A stretch of 64,000 nucleotides of DNA, from assembly GCF_963921235.1 (NCBI RefSeq), contig NC_086097.1, positions 78,928,001-78,992,000 of the forward strand. The letters are read 5' to 3'. Position numbers and translations under genes: made by a program. Below are positions 1-12,682 of this stretch, in pieces. Source of the DNA: Mobula hypostoma. Taxonomy: Eukaryota. The notes beneath the pieces are model-generated. The model did not search any database, was not told the DNA's origin, and saw nothing but the letters and a program-made list of their open reading frames with translations. How positions within the stretch are numbered: position 1 is the first letter of the stretch; each line of letters starts with the position of its first letter.

Positions 1-263
1 AATTGGAGGAAAAAAAGATGCTGGAAATCTGAAACAAAATCAAAAGCGTACTGGAAAAATACTGTGGGAAAAGAACCAGAGATGATTTTTCAGATTAAAA
101 CCCCTTAATCAGAACTGGAAAACTGAGCAAACAATTGAGTTTGCAAGTGTGTAAAGTACACGAGCAACCTTTGTGATAACGTAAGAAGTTGCTAAGTAAC
201 CATTACTTTAACTTCCAGTGGTTGTTGACAGAAAACTAACTGGCAGAAAAACAGGAAAAACTC

Positions 264-266
<3 letters not shown>

Positions 267-305
<39 letters not shown>
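267..305. repeat. (CA)n microsatellite
   Basis: Direct reading. Confidence 0.95.
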
Positions 306-307
<2 letters not shown>

Positions 308-426
308 GCATCAAGTCTGAATTCATGAAAATAAATTGAATGAATTTGGATCAAATAGAGAAGAATATTTTATAAAAATATAAAATTGGTATTCATTTTC
401 AGCAGGTGTATCCAAGAAAAGAAAAA

Positions 427-572
427 GGGTCTGACGAAGACCCTGACGAAAGGTCTCGGCCTGAAACATGGACTGTACCTCTTCCTATAGATACTGCCTG
501 GCCTGCTGTGTTCTACCAGCACTTTATGTGTGTTGCTTGAATTTCTAGCATCTGCAGATTTTCTCATGTTTG
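427..572 (+). mobile_element. Short Penelope-like pseudo-LTR remnant with a decayed hammerhead motif
   Basis: ctgacgaaaggtctcggcctgaaac followed by the terminus shared with PLE copies at 26401-26533 and 30018-30150. Confidence 0.8.
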
Positions 573-1064
573 CGCTTTCAAAGGAAAAAATGTTTTTTTT
601 AAGTGCCAATGTTGGAAATCTGAAAAACAGAAATGAGTGTGAACACTCAGTAAGCGTGGAAAGAGAAACAGTTAACTTTTCGGTTAAGACCCTTTATTGG
701 AATTGGGAAAGAGAGAAAACAAAGTCAGTAGCAGAGAAGGAGAGCTGTGCAGAATGAAGGGATTGTCTCTGACAGGTTAAACCAAATAAGACTGCGTGGA
801 TTATACTGTCTTGCAGATCCCGTCAGACCTGATTGTACTAATGGTACCAGAAAAACTAGGCCGAATTCACAGATGGGCAACTGGCAGAAATAGTTAGTTC
901 TAATATAGACAGAAAGTAAGAGTGAGTCATGTAAAATTGGAGAATTCAATATAGAATCTAGAAGGCTTCAGTGTATCTTGGCGGTGAAGAGAGGTTGTTC
1001 CTTAAGTTTCCATTGAGAGTTCTTATAACTTTCTTATTAATGCTTCTGTTTTAATTATCCTCAG

Positions 1065-1183
1065 GAGGTGTGCTGCTGGTGGTGTGTGTACATCTAATGC
1101 AAGGCTACATGGGAAAACTGTGGTGATTACAGGGGCAAACACTGGCATTGGAAAGGAAACTGCCAGAGATCTGGCACAGCGAG
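1065..1183 (+). CDS. RDH12: Retinol dehydrogenase 12/11-like SDR, first coding exon seen in window (RRCAAGGVC...TGANTGIGKETARDLAQR)
   Basis: tcag acceptor at 1061-1064 and gtgagg donor at 1184; Rossmann TGxxxGIG motif; phase joins the next exon. The N-terminal exon is not found in the window. RDH12 is preferred over RDH11 because of adjacency to ZFYVE26. Confidence 0.9.
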
Positions 1184-1322
1184 GTGAGGTATCAGTGTAT
1201 GAATTTAAATCTATTGTCAAATATAGCTTCGAAGTAAACCATTTACTACATTCAGCCAAATCTTTACAGAAACAATGTCTCTAAACAGGAAAATAGCAGT
1301 ACAAAATAGGTAATCATAACTA

Positions 1323-2222
1323 CAGTCGGCCCTCCTTATCCGCGAGGGATTGGTTCCGGGACCCCTCGCGGATACCAAAAAAGCGCCAGTGCTCAAGTCC
1401 CTTATTCAACCTGTCTCAATGTGGTAGACCTTAGGACCCAGTGGAACCCTGAACCTTATTTAACCTGTCTCAGTGCGGTGGACATTAGGACCTGGCGGCG
1501 GATCTCTGAATCCGCAGTTTCTGTTCGCGAAAATAATCACGACCGTGATTGAAAATAAAGTGAAAATAATAAAGCGATCGGAAAGAGGTGAAACGCCATC
1601 AGTCATTGGGAAAGCTTTCGGCTACAGTCGGTCAACGATCGGAACAATTTTAAAGGATAAAGTGAGAAAGGCCCTGCCCTGATGAAAGCTACAATTATTA
1701 CTAAGCAACGCAGTGGTTTAATTATTGAGTTTTTGATCCTCCACATCAACCCGGCACGGATGGAGAGCGCGCTCGTGAGCGATCTGTCACTGGATCGAAC
1801 TCGGGAGCTTATGTTCCCGAGCCCAGTGCTGAAACATACATTTCTTAAGTGTTTTGAATGCATAGAAAGGTAAAATATATACTAAGATAAACGTTTGACT
1901 AATTGATGTTAAATAATGTCGGATGTACCTGTTCCGACTTACTGGGTAAGAGAACATCCGGTTTTTTTCCATCCCGGTCGAGAATAACCTACGCACATCC
2001 TCCCGTATACTTTAAATCATCTCTAGATTACTTATAATACCTAATACAATGTAAATGCTATGTAAAATAGTTGTTATACTATATTGTTTAGGGAATAATG
2101 ACAAGAAAAAAAAGTCTGTACATGCTCGAACAACAAGTACTGGAAGAGCACTTCTAGGTTTTCTGGGTTTGAGGTTGGTTGAATTCGCACATGTGGAACT
2201 TGCGGATAAGGAGGGCCGACTG
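1323..2222 (+). mobile_element. Non-autonomous Tigger/pogo DNA transposon (internally deleted)
   Basis: Perfect 21 bp TIRs cagtcggccctccttatccgc, TA at both flanks, CENP-B-like HTH fragment (IENKVKIIKRSERGETPSVIGKAFGYSRSTIGTILK). Confidence 0.9.
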
Positions 2223-2249
2223 TATAAGTTATTATATCATAGGGGCTTA

Positions 2250-2822
2250 ATTGTCAAAGCCTGTGGGGGGGAGGAAGGTAATGGGGATAAGTTCCCACGA
2301 CCTATTAAACGCTCCCTATGGTTGTGTCTCAAATAGCATCTGACAACCAAGTCCAGCTCCTAGCCTTCATGCTTGGCTTATCTACTAAACCCAGCAGAAC
2401 TGTTTCTACTGACAGGAGAAAGGGAAGGTGGGTTACTGGCACCTTAAAACCAGTCGCATCAGGCAGAGCAGGCTCGCCGACCATGGTTGGCAGCTCACCT
2501 AGGAGAAGGAAAACTCTGATCTCAAACCTCCGCTGCCTTGTGACTATATCCACACATGAAGAAGGCTTTAGGAGTAAAGTCTGGGGTAAAATCTAGAGCC
2601 CTAGGCCCTGAGGCAGTCCAACACTGAGTGGCAACTCCTGTGATGCTGCTGGTTCCAAACTGTATCGGTTTCTGCTGTTCCTTTGGGTACGTCATTTGCA
2701 TGGCGAGGAGGAGCCTGCAACATGGGCAACAGCTTGCTCTCTGTATTGTACTGCCGTGGCTTGTGGATCACATAGAGAGCTAGGATGCAATATCCTTGGT
2801 CGATCCTGACCAATTGAGGGCC
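2250..2822 (+). mobile_element. Non-coding interspersed retroelement, possibly RTE-related non-autonomous
   Basis: GC-richer block flanked by a near-identical direct repeat tca(t/c)aggggctta (2237-2249 / 2823-2835); the family call is inference. Confidence 0.5.
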
Positions 2823-3780
2823 TCACAGGGGCTTATCATCATAAGCACTTTGTTCTTATCTCTGCCCTCTCCCTCTCCACATATTGTGAAGGCTCAAGAT
2901 AATAATGAGCCCCATTCATGCATAACCTCCTTTCAACCCTGATGATTCTATATGACCAGATACCTCTGCAATCAAGACATGAGGTGGTTCCCAAAAAAAT
3001 ACCAGACAGTATTTGTTGTCATTTTGGACGCTGTCCCATATCCTAACTTGGCCTTCTTATTTCACAATGCAAAGTCAAAATCAAACACACATAAATCACT
3101 GACTTGTTTGTATCTGCAGCATAAATCCACATGTCAACCAAAAGTTTATAGAAAATAATGGCTCGAACCATTTGAAGTTATCCAAAGGGTTTCCTTGCTC
3201 ATAGACATATCAGAACATTATCTTATATCACTTTAAAGAAGGATAGCTATTCTTGCCTCTAATATGACTGCAAAAAAAAATTCCCATGCAGCATTTGAAA
3301 TTATGGCTACAAAAAAAGATAATATTTGTAGGTCATTTGTTTCATTGTTATTTGTACTTTGCTGTGTGCAAGATCACTCCAAAAAAACACTTAATTTCTC
3401 CAAAACACATTACACTGGTTGCATATGTGAAATATGTATATTTTAGGTTATAAAATACTTTGTGATATTCATATGTTATGAAGGAATATGCATAGATTTT
3501 GAGAACTATGAAGTTATATTTATGAAAGGGATAATTCAGATAGAGAGGGTAATGTACCTAACTGGTTTATTTACCAGTAAGTTGTTCACTTCAATTGGAA
3601 GCTGTCTTCCAGGGCATGAAGATGTTAATAGATTGGTTGGACTTCAAGTAAAGTCTTACTAAAAAGCAGAAAATAAACAGAAACACTGTATATTGTGCCA
3701 ACATTAAATAAATGCATGATTATGAATTAAAATAATAAAGAAATTAAAACCAAAAGTACTGACAAACAGGCTTTTTGCAG

Positions 3781-3936
3781 GTGCTCGAGTAATATTAGCC
3801 TGCAGAGATTTGACCAAAGCAGAAGCTGCAGCCCAAGATATTCGTGAAGACACTGGAAATAAACAAGTCATTGTTCGAGAACTGGATTTAGCCAACACCA
3901 GATCCATATACCAGTTTGCTGAAAATATCGTTAAAG
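3781..3936 (+). CDS. RDH12: RDH12-like coding exon (GARVILACRDLTKAEAAAQDI...)
   Basis: ttttgcag acceptor, gtaatt donor, 156 bp; contains the ACRD motif typical of NADP(H)-preferring RDH11/12. Confidence 0.92.
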
Positions 3937-4499
3937 GTAATTCAGTCCTACAAGGAATATTTTCATTTTGTTGATACCTAACAGTTATGATTACTTAAAC
4001 TTATCAAGGAATGCAAAATGTAAAAGTATTCCACAAACATACACTTGGAATAGGGATTGGTCCACTAATTTAAAGTACCAGTTGATGCAGAAATGTGGCA
4101 ATAACTAATTGAGGAGTTACTATACTTGGATATTTGCCAGCAAGACTAACAGAGCAGATAAACCATAAACCATTAATAAAACAAACAAACATAAATGGAT
4201 AAGACCTGGTAGATTGCATCTCAAAGAAGCCAATGAAGTAACTTTGAATAAGGTTATGGTCAATTTATTAGAACAAAAGATTACAGAGGTACAGGATGTG
4301 GTCGGAAAAAGATGCCCAAGAGCTATGCCAAAAGTGAGATTAAGTCTATTAAGAGGAACTGAGCAAGCTCGCCTTTGTTCCATAGAAAGGAAAGTGAAGA
4401 GCAACTCGGTAGAGTTCATTACAGTGTAAGGGTGTAACAGGGCATATGCAAAGTTTCTGCTTGTAGTCAAGACGAGAAGTGGGAAACATAAAATATTGC

Positions 4500-6836
4500 A
4501 ATATTGGATCTCCTGTTAGGAAACGAGTTAGGACAAGTGACAGAAGTGTGTGTAGGGGAGCACTTTGGTTCCAGTGATCATAACACCATTAGTTTCAACT
4601 TGATCATGGACAAGGATAGATCTGGTCCGAGGGTTGAGGTTCTTAACTGGAAGAAGGCCAAATTTGAAGAAATGAGAAAGGATCTAAAAAGCATGGATTG
4701 GGACAGGTTGTTCTCTGGCAAGGATGTGATCGGTAAGTGGGAAGCCTTCAAAGGAGAAATTTTGAGAGTGCAGAGCTTGTATGTTCCTGTCAGGATTAAA
4801 GGCAAAGTGAATAGGAATAAGGAACCTTGGTTCTCAAGGGATATTGGAACTCTGATAAAGAAGAAGAGAGAGTTGTATGACATGTATAGGAAACAGGGAG
4901 TAAATAAGGTGCTTGAGGAGTATAAAAAGTGCAAGAAAATACTTAAGAAGGAAATCAGGAGGGCTAAAAGAAGACATGAGGTTGCCTTGGCAGTCAAAGT
5001 GAAGGATAATCCAAAGAGCTTTTACAGGTATATTAAGAGTAAAAGGATTGTAAGGGATAAAATTGGCCCTCTTGAAGATCAGAGTGGTCGGCTATATGCA
5101 GAACCAAAAGAAATGGGGGAGATCTTAAATGGGTTTTTTGCGTCTGTATTTACTAAGGAAACTGGCATGAAGTCTATGGAATTAAGGGAAACAAGTAGTG
5201 AGATCATGGAAACTGTACAGGTTGAAAAGGAGGAGGTGCTTGCTATCTTGAGGCAAATTAAAGTGGATAAATCCCCAGGACCTGACAGGGTATTCCCTCG
5301 GACCTTGAAGGAGACTAGTGTTGAAATTGCAGGGGCCCTGGCAGATATATTTTAAATGTCGGTGTCTACGGGTGAGATGCCGGAGGATTGGAGAGTAGCT
5401 CATGTTGTTCCGTTGTTTAAAAAAGAATCGATAAGTAATCCAGGAAATTATAGGCCGGTAAATTTGACGGCGGTAGTGGGTAAGTTATTGGAGGGAGTAC
5501 TAAGAGACAGAATCTACAAGCATTTGGATAGATAGGGACTTATTAGGGAGAGTCAACATGGCTTTGTGCGTGGTAGGTCATGTTTAACCAATCTATTGGA
5601 ATTTTTTGAGGAGGTTACCAGGAAAGTGGATGAAGGGAAGGCAGTGGATGTTGTCTACATGGACTTCAGTAAGGCCTTTGACAAGGTCCCGCATGGGAGA
5701 TTAGTTAGGAAATCGCAGTCGCTAGGTATACATGGAGAGGTGGTAAATTGGGTTAGACATTGGCTCAATGGAAGAAGCCAAAGAGTGGTAGTAGAGAATT
5801 GCTTCTCAGAATGGAGGCCTGTGACCAGTGGTGTGCCACAGGGATCAGTGCTAGGTCCATTGTTATTTGTCATCTATATCAATGATCTGGATGATAATGT
5901 GGTAAATTGGATCAGCAAATTTGCTGATGATACAAAGATTGGAGGTATAGTGGACAATGAGGAAGGTTTTCAAAGCTTGCAGAGGGACTTGGACCAGCTG
6001 GAAAAATGGGCTGAAAAATGGCAGATGGAGTTTAATACAGGCAAGTGTGAGGTATTGCACTTTGGAAGGACAAACCAAGGTAGAACATACAGAGTAAATG
6101 GTAAGGCACAGAGGAGTGCTGTAGAACAGAAGGATCTGGGAATACAGATACAAAATTCCCTAAAAGTGGCGTCACAGGTAGATAGGGTCGTAAAGAGAGC
6201 TTTTGGTACATTGGCCTTTATTAATCAAAGTATTGAGTATAAGAGCTGGAATGTTATGATGAGGTTGTATAAGGCATTGGTGAGGCCGAATCTGGAGTAT
6301 TGTGTTCAGTTTTGGTCACCAAACTACAGGAAGGATATTAATAAGGTTGAAAGAGTGCAGAGAAGGTTTACAAGGATGTTGCCGGGACTTGAGAAACTCA
6401 GTTACAGAGAAAGGTTGAATAGGTTAGGACTTTATTCCCTGGAGCGTAGAAGAATGAGGGGAGATTTGATAGAGGTATATGGAATTATGATGGGTATAGA
6501 TAGAGTGAATGCAAGCAGACTTTTTCCACTGAGGCAAGGGGAGAAAAAAACCAGAGGACATGGGTTAAGGGTGAGGGGGGAAAAGTTTAAAGGGAACATT
6601 AGGGGGAGCTTCTTCACACAGAGAGTGGTGGGAGTATGGAATGAGCTGCCAGATGAGGTGGTAAATGTGGGTTCTTTTTTAACATTTAAGAATAAATTGG
6701 ACAGATACATGGATGGGAGGTGTATGGAGGGATATGGTCCGTGTGCAGGTCAGTGGGGCTAGGCAGAAAATGGTTCAGCACAGCCAAGAAGGGCCAAAAG
6801 GCCTGATTCTGTGCTGTAGTTTTTCTATGGTTTCTA
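4500..6836 (+). mobile_element. CR1-clade LINE, 5'-truncated ORF2 (endonuclease end and RT) with a frameshift near 5353
   Basis: SDH, DFSKAFD, GVPQGSVLGP and FADD motifs; ttctatg-type 3' repeats. Confidence 0.93.
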
Positions 6837-7336
6837 TTTACTAATATTTACCAATAAGGATCTCAGGAGGAACTACTTTAGCCAACAAGCTGTTAAGGCA
6901 AATAGCTTGGTATTTATGGGGATGAAGAAGAGAGGAATAAAAAGAAATATACTGATAGTGTTGTATGAGCAGTTGTGGAATTGGAGAGTTTAGCTGAATG
7001 ACCCCTTTTTGGTATTCAATTTATTGCGTTATTTACTTTTTATATGTTCCTTCACATCATTGGTTGCTTTCAGGTGCCACCTCCTGGTGTAGCAAAGCAT
7101 CACAAAGCAAGGGTGATTAATTGAGACCAATTATTTGTACTATATTATGTTTAAACATTCATCACAGGGTCATGAAAATTTATGGAATAAAACAAAGCTA
7201 TTCAGCCTATCATGTCAGTGTTAGCAAGAAGTGGAACTGTTTAGGTTACTATCGGTTCATTTTCAGCCCGTTGTGAGTTCTCATCTTCTACTAAACAAGT
7301 AGACCATTAGACACTGAAGTTGGAATTTCTCACTGC

Positions 7337-7394
7337 AGTCCCAAAGCACATGATCTCCTGTTCCTAGTCCCAAAGCACATGATCTCCTGTTCCT
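7337..7394. repeat. Perfect 2 x 29 bp tandem duplication
   Basis: agtcccaaagcacatgatctcctgttcct twice. Confidence 0.95.
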
Positions 7395-8131
7395 GTTGAA
7401 GTCAACAAGCTTGATTGCCAGGAAGTCAACCAATTTTTCCCACTGTGTCATGATCTACAGTCTTAGGTTACGGAGAGATGTGCAGTCATTAAAGCAGGCA
7501 GCACGCCTTTATTGCTAGTGTTTCCTTCACTGCAGATAAGTACTGGTAACAGACTGTGCACATTGGCTTTGAAATATCCAGGCACAAGAGAGCCACCAGT
7601 GATCACCAATGTGCTGTGTGCATGTTGACTTTTCCCTTTCCGCTTCCTCACATTCAAGATGAATTTCTCTACCAACTCCACTTTCCTACCCAGTCTCCAT
7701 AATCTGTAACTTGCTTGCTGTCCAAAATAAATTATCCACAGCCCCACAGAGCGGAGCAACCCAGAGATTCACATCCTCTTTGGAAGCAATTTTGTTTCAG
7801 TCTTGGACGCCACTTATTGAATTTAAAAGATTCTCATAGTTAAATATCAAAATCAAGTCCTGAGCCCATACCTTTACTTCCAGCTGTCCACCCAGATCAA
7901 ATAGCCTCTTAACAAAGTTATAAAGGCTTTTTCATGGGTCGGGGAGATCACTTCTAATTCTAAAGTCTACAGAAGCAAGATCTAGTTTGAAACTGGGCAA
8001 AAATGCTGAATAGAAATCTAGCCAGAAAGGTATACACCTTTATAGCGTGGCAGTGTTATAAGAAGGGCAAAAACATTTAGCATGCTTCCAATTTGAATTA
8101 TTTTGTTTTGCCTAATTCTGTTTAATGACAG

Positions 8132-8236
8132 AGGAAAAGGTGCTCAACATTTTAATCAACAACGCTGGAGTGATGATGTGCCCCTTCATGAAGACGTCTG
8201 ATGGGTTTGAGATGCAGTTTGGTGTAAATCACCTTG
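8132..8236 (+). CDS. RDH12: RDH12-like coding exon ([35 protein letters not shown])
   Basis: gacag acceptor, gtaagt donor, 105 bp; SDR NNAG motif. Confidence 0.93.
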
Positions 8237-8277
8237 GTAAGTTACTAAGAAGTTGAACTTGTGGACCATCTAACATG

Positions 8278-8519
8278 ACTTGCAGCTCCCTACAGACCGT
8301 GTTAGGGAACAGGAGCTGGCGATGGATGACCTACGGCTCACTCAGGAGATAGGAGCCACAGGGAGGCTTTCACACCCAAGCTGCAGGAGGCAGGTAGCTG
8401 GATGACTGGCAGGAGAGGAAAAGGGAACAGCAGATAGTGAGGAGCTCCCCCTGTGGCCATTCCCTCAGTAACAGTGGGCCGAAGGTCCTCTCTGTGTTGT
8501 ACTGTTCTGTGTTCTATGT
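8278..8519 (+). mobile_element. Internally deleted CR1 fragment (5'/ORF1-region piece joined to a 3' tail)
   Basis: Similar to the reverse complement of CR1 5' sequence at 26960-27060; ends in tgttctgtgttctatg. Confidence 0.55.
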
Positions 8520-10379
8520 AAGCTTGCAATGGGCAAACTGGCAGATGGATTCACCTATATCCCAACAGTGCCAACACTTCAAAAGTAATTAATTCAGGGA
8601 GTGAAACACATCAAGTGAAGACTTTGGATTTGCTTTTTTGTTTACCTTTCTTTTTCTGTTTGGAAGTGGTTATTTTTTACTGGATTATAAGGAAATCAGC
8701 AAAAACAAGTTATTTAACTGCAAAATATACATTAGAGCAGAGTCCAATTGAACCCTTCTTGATTGATCAGGCTCAGTCCTACTCCCACCCTCTCCTACTT
8801 TAAGAAGCTAATAATCTTTATTATCTCTATGTGAGGCAAATGCCTATAGTTTCAGCAGGATTGAAGATGATGGTGCCCTTTTTTCTCTCTGTCTCCCTCT
8901 CTTTCTCCATTTCTGTTCTCACTGTCTCTCTCTTTCTTTCTGTTTTACTCCCCTTCTGATACACTCATTTTTGTCCTCTTCCCTGAACCTTCATCCTACC
9001 TCCCAGCATCCCAGTTCTATCCACTCTCTACACACACAGTTAACCCACAGGTGACCCCCTCCCTCCTTTTCCCTCAACTACCTTGTACTTACACTTCCTC
9101 CACCAGTAGCTCACTCCCCTTTCACTCTCATCTCCCTTGCTCTTTTCTCTCTTTCTTTTTTCCTTTCTCTTCTCCTGACCTCAACCACCGTCCCATTTTC
9201 TAGCTGTTGGTCGCCCACCAACCTTTCACCCTTTTCCAGACCATTCTCTGATTGCAGTGGTCCTCCTTGTCCCAGTAACCATGACATCAGAGCCTGCAGA
9301 CCAGGCCAGAGCCCCGGACCTCTTTTCAGGGAACTCGCGGGGAACTTTCAGCTGTCTGTTCACTGCTGCCTGGTCTTGTCATATTGCAGTAAATCAGCCC
9401 GCCTGCAGTTTCCTGATCAATGATGCAGAAGCATCTTAATCAGCTGCTATCATTAAGAGTATGGCTGGTGGAGTGGTTTAGGAGGCACTGCTTTGATTCA
9501 CAGACACTGGCATTGAGGGACTTGTTTTATTTAAACTGAATTGTGACCTTTGAATCAATAAGTAGTAAGTTATGTTTAAAAGTAAATTTACAGATCTGAA
9601 GAGAAAAGTCCAGGGCGTAGAGCAGAATGATATCAGAAGAGGTAAGAGATTAACAACTATAAAAGGTCAAAGAAGATGGAAAGAGGAAAAAAGGGTTTGC
9701 TGGCATATCCTTCTTTTAATGTCACGGTTGCTATTATGGTATCTTAAAACAATTCTTGACAATACGTGTTTTAACTCCATTTTTCCTGATTTTACAACCT
9801 ATTTTCCAGGGTTGAGATCATTTTCTCTTTTAGTAATAAAATAACGAGATAAAAGAGAGAAATTGTCTTCCCAGCACATATCTTTCAATGTCCCTTTGTT
9901 CCCCAAATTCATTTTCTTTGTTCTACATGGTTTGTGCTTTTAGAGTGCGGCATTTTCAATTGTACCTATTTTATCTCCTTTTGTGCCTTTACTATCACTA
10001 AACTCTTTGATGCTTCCTAATAATTGCTTGATTTTATCCAAAATTACTACTCTGCTATGTAGATTTAACTTTTCCTTTATTATTTCTAATATTTTTGAAA
10101 ACATGAAATGTTCCTCACATTCAGTTTAAAACTCTCTTTAACCAAAATATATAGGAAAATTCTCCCTTTTACATTTCCATTTTGTCCACTATGAAACTTG
10201 TAGTTAATAAAACCAAAATCATACATGGAATTGATTTGAAAGTCTGATTTTGTAATACCCAAGTAAGTTGATGTCTTGACACCTTTCATGAATTCCAAGT
10301 TTTTCCTGAATTACAAAATGATTCTTGAAATAATCATAACAGCAATCCAGCAACAACATCTAAGTGTGAAATTTAACTC

Positions 10380-11195
10380 CAGCATGAATTGTTCTCCTAT
10401 CCATTCCACCCCTTCTCTTTGCCTTCCCCACTCACTAGATCTGCCCATCACCCACACATTCCTTCCACTGATTCCCCTCCTCACCTTCTTCCCTTTATTC
10501 CACAGTCCAATGTCCTCTCCTGTCATATTCCATCTTCTTCAGCCCTTTATCACTTCTCAGCTTCTTACATCATTCCCATTCTCCCCCACCTGCTTATCAA
10601 CACCCCCCTTACCTGGATCTACCTGTCACCTGCCAGCTCTTACAACAACCTCTCCCGTCACCTTTTTATACCAGTTTTCTCCCCTCTTTCTTTCCTGATG
10701 TAGGGTCTCAGCCCAAAACGTTGACTGTTTACTCTTTTCCATAGATGCTGTGTGTTGCTTTGGATTTCCAGCATCTGCAGACGTTCTGTTGTTTGTGATC
10801 TGCCCCTCTTTCTCTTCAGACCTGATGAAGGGTCCAAACAGCACACACAAAGCGCTGGAGGAACTCAGCAGGCCAGGCAGCATCTATGGAAAGAGAGTAC
10901 AGTCAACGTTACGGGCCAAGATCCTTCAGCAGGACTGGAGAGAAAAGATGAGGAGTCAGAGTTATGAGGTGGAGGGAGGGGAGGGAGAAACACAAGGTGA
11001 TAGGTGAAACCGGGATGGGGGTGGGGTGAAGTAAAGAGTGGGGAAGTCCATTGGTGAAAGAGATACAGGGCTGGAGAAGGGGGTATCTGACATGAGAGGA
11101 CGGAAGGCCATGGAAGAAAGGGAAGGGGGAGGGGCACCAGGGGGAATTGTCAACTATCCACTTCCTTACATAGATGCTGTTTGACCCGCTGAGTT
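10380..11195. mobile_element. Cluster of Penelope-like 3' regions/pseudo-LTRs in both orientations
   Basis: Pyrimidine-rich PLE 3' region ending ctgatgtagggtctcagcccaaaacgttgac...tttccagcatctgcaga (+); inverted copy at about 10840-11145 (-). Confidence 0.7.
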
Positions 11196-12682
11196 GGCCA
11201 GCTGGCGGCACAATGGCATCAGCGCTGGACTCCGGACCGAAGGCTCTCGAGTTCGAATCCAAGTCGGGCCACCCCCCGAGCACGCTTTCCATCCGTGCCG
11301 GGTTGAGCATCGAGCTAGCCACGCAGCCTCGTTAAAAAAAAGGGTCAAGTCAGGAACGTTCATATCGTGAACTGGCTAATCCGAAAGGAGACCAATCCTG
11401 ACACCACGCACCGGACAAGAATGGCTGATTTAAACACGAGGAATTCTGCAGATGCTGGAAATTCAAGCAACACACATCAAAGTTGCTGGTGAACGCAGCA
11501 GGCCAGGCAGCATCTCTAGGAAGAGGTACAGTCGACGTTTCGGGCCAAGACCCCCTCCACCATCAACTCTGCTCTCAATTGCATCTCCCCCATTTCACGC
11601 ACATCTGCTCTCACTCCATCCTTCCATCACCCCACTAGGAATAGGGTTCCCCTGGTCCTCACCTACCACCCCACCAGCCTCCGGGTCCAAAATATTATTC
11701 TCCGTAACTTCCGCCACCTCCAACAGGATCCCACCACTAAGCATATCTTTCCCTCCCGCCCCCCGCCGCTTTCTGCAGGGATCGCTCCCTACGCGACTCC
11801 CTTGTCCATTCTTCCCCCCCATCCCTCCCCACTGATCTCCCTCCTGGCACTTATCTTTGTAAGTGGAACAAGTGCTACACATGCCCTTACACTTCCTCCC
11901 TTACCACCATTCAGGGCCCCAGACAGTCCTTCCAGGTGAGGCGACACTTCACCTGTGAGTCGGCTGGGGTGATATACTGCGTCCGGTGCTCCCGATGTGG
12001 CCTTCTATATATTGGTGAGACCCGACCCAGATTGGGAGATCATTTTGCTGAACACCTACGCTCTGTCCGCCAGAGAAAGTGGGATCTCCCAGTGGCCACA
12101 CATTTCAATTTCACATCCCATTCCCATTCTGATATGTCTACCCACGGCTTCCTCTACTGTCAAGATGAAGCCACACTCAGGTTAGAGGAACAACACCTTA
12201 TATTCCGTCTGGGTAGCCTCCAACCTGATGGCATGAACATTGACTTCTCTAACTTCCGCTAATTCCCCACCTCCCCCACGTACCCCATCCGTTATTTATT
12301 TATATACACACATTCTTTCTCTCTCTCTCCTTTTTCTCCCTCTGTCCCTCTGACTATACCCCTTGCCCATCCTCTGGGTTCCCCCCCCCCCTTTCCTTCT
12401 CCCTAGGCCTCCTGTCCCATGATCCTCTCATATCCCTTTTGCCAATCACCTGTCCATCTCTTGGCTCCATCCCTCCCCCTCCTGTCTTCTCCTATCATTT
12501 CGGATCTCCCCCTCCCCCTCCCACTTTCAAATTTCTTACTAGCTCTTCTTTCAGTTAGTCCTGATGGAGGGTCTTGGCCCGAAATGTCGACTGTACCTCT
12601 TCCTAGAGATGCTGCCTGGCCTGCTGCGTTCACCAGCAACTTTGAAGAATGGCTGACTGTCTGGTGTGACATGCTAAAAAAA
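11196..12682 (+). mobile_element. tRNA-headed SINE (about 270 bp) split by a PLE insertion
   Basis: A-box-like tggcggcacaatgg (11203-11216), B-box gagttcgaatcc (11249-11260), A-tail, TSD acccgctgagtt (11184-11195 / 12683-12694). Confidence 0.8.
11429..12644 (+). mobile_element. Penelope-like element, GIY-YIG endonuclease portion with inverted terminal arm
   Basis: ORF 11936..12262 VIYCVRCSRCGLLYIGET (GIY-YIG); inverted arm 11432-11552; TSD aagaatggctga (11417-11428 / 12645-12656). Confidence 0.9.

Noticed and set aside
8880..9260. Pyrimidine-rich stretch
   Set aside because: Low-complexity sequence with no periodicity or defined boundaries I could support
11196..11275. Functional tRNA gene
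   Set aside because: A/B boxes are present but there is no convincing cloverleaf; it continues into a SINE body with A-tail and TSD
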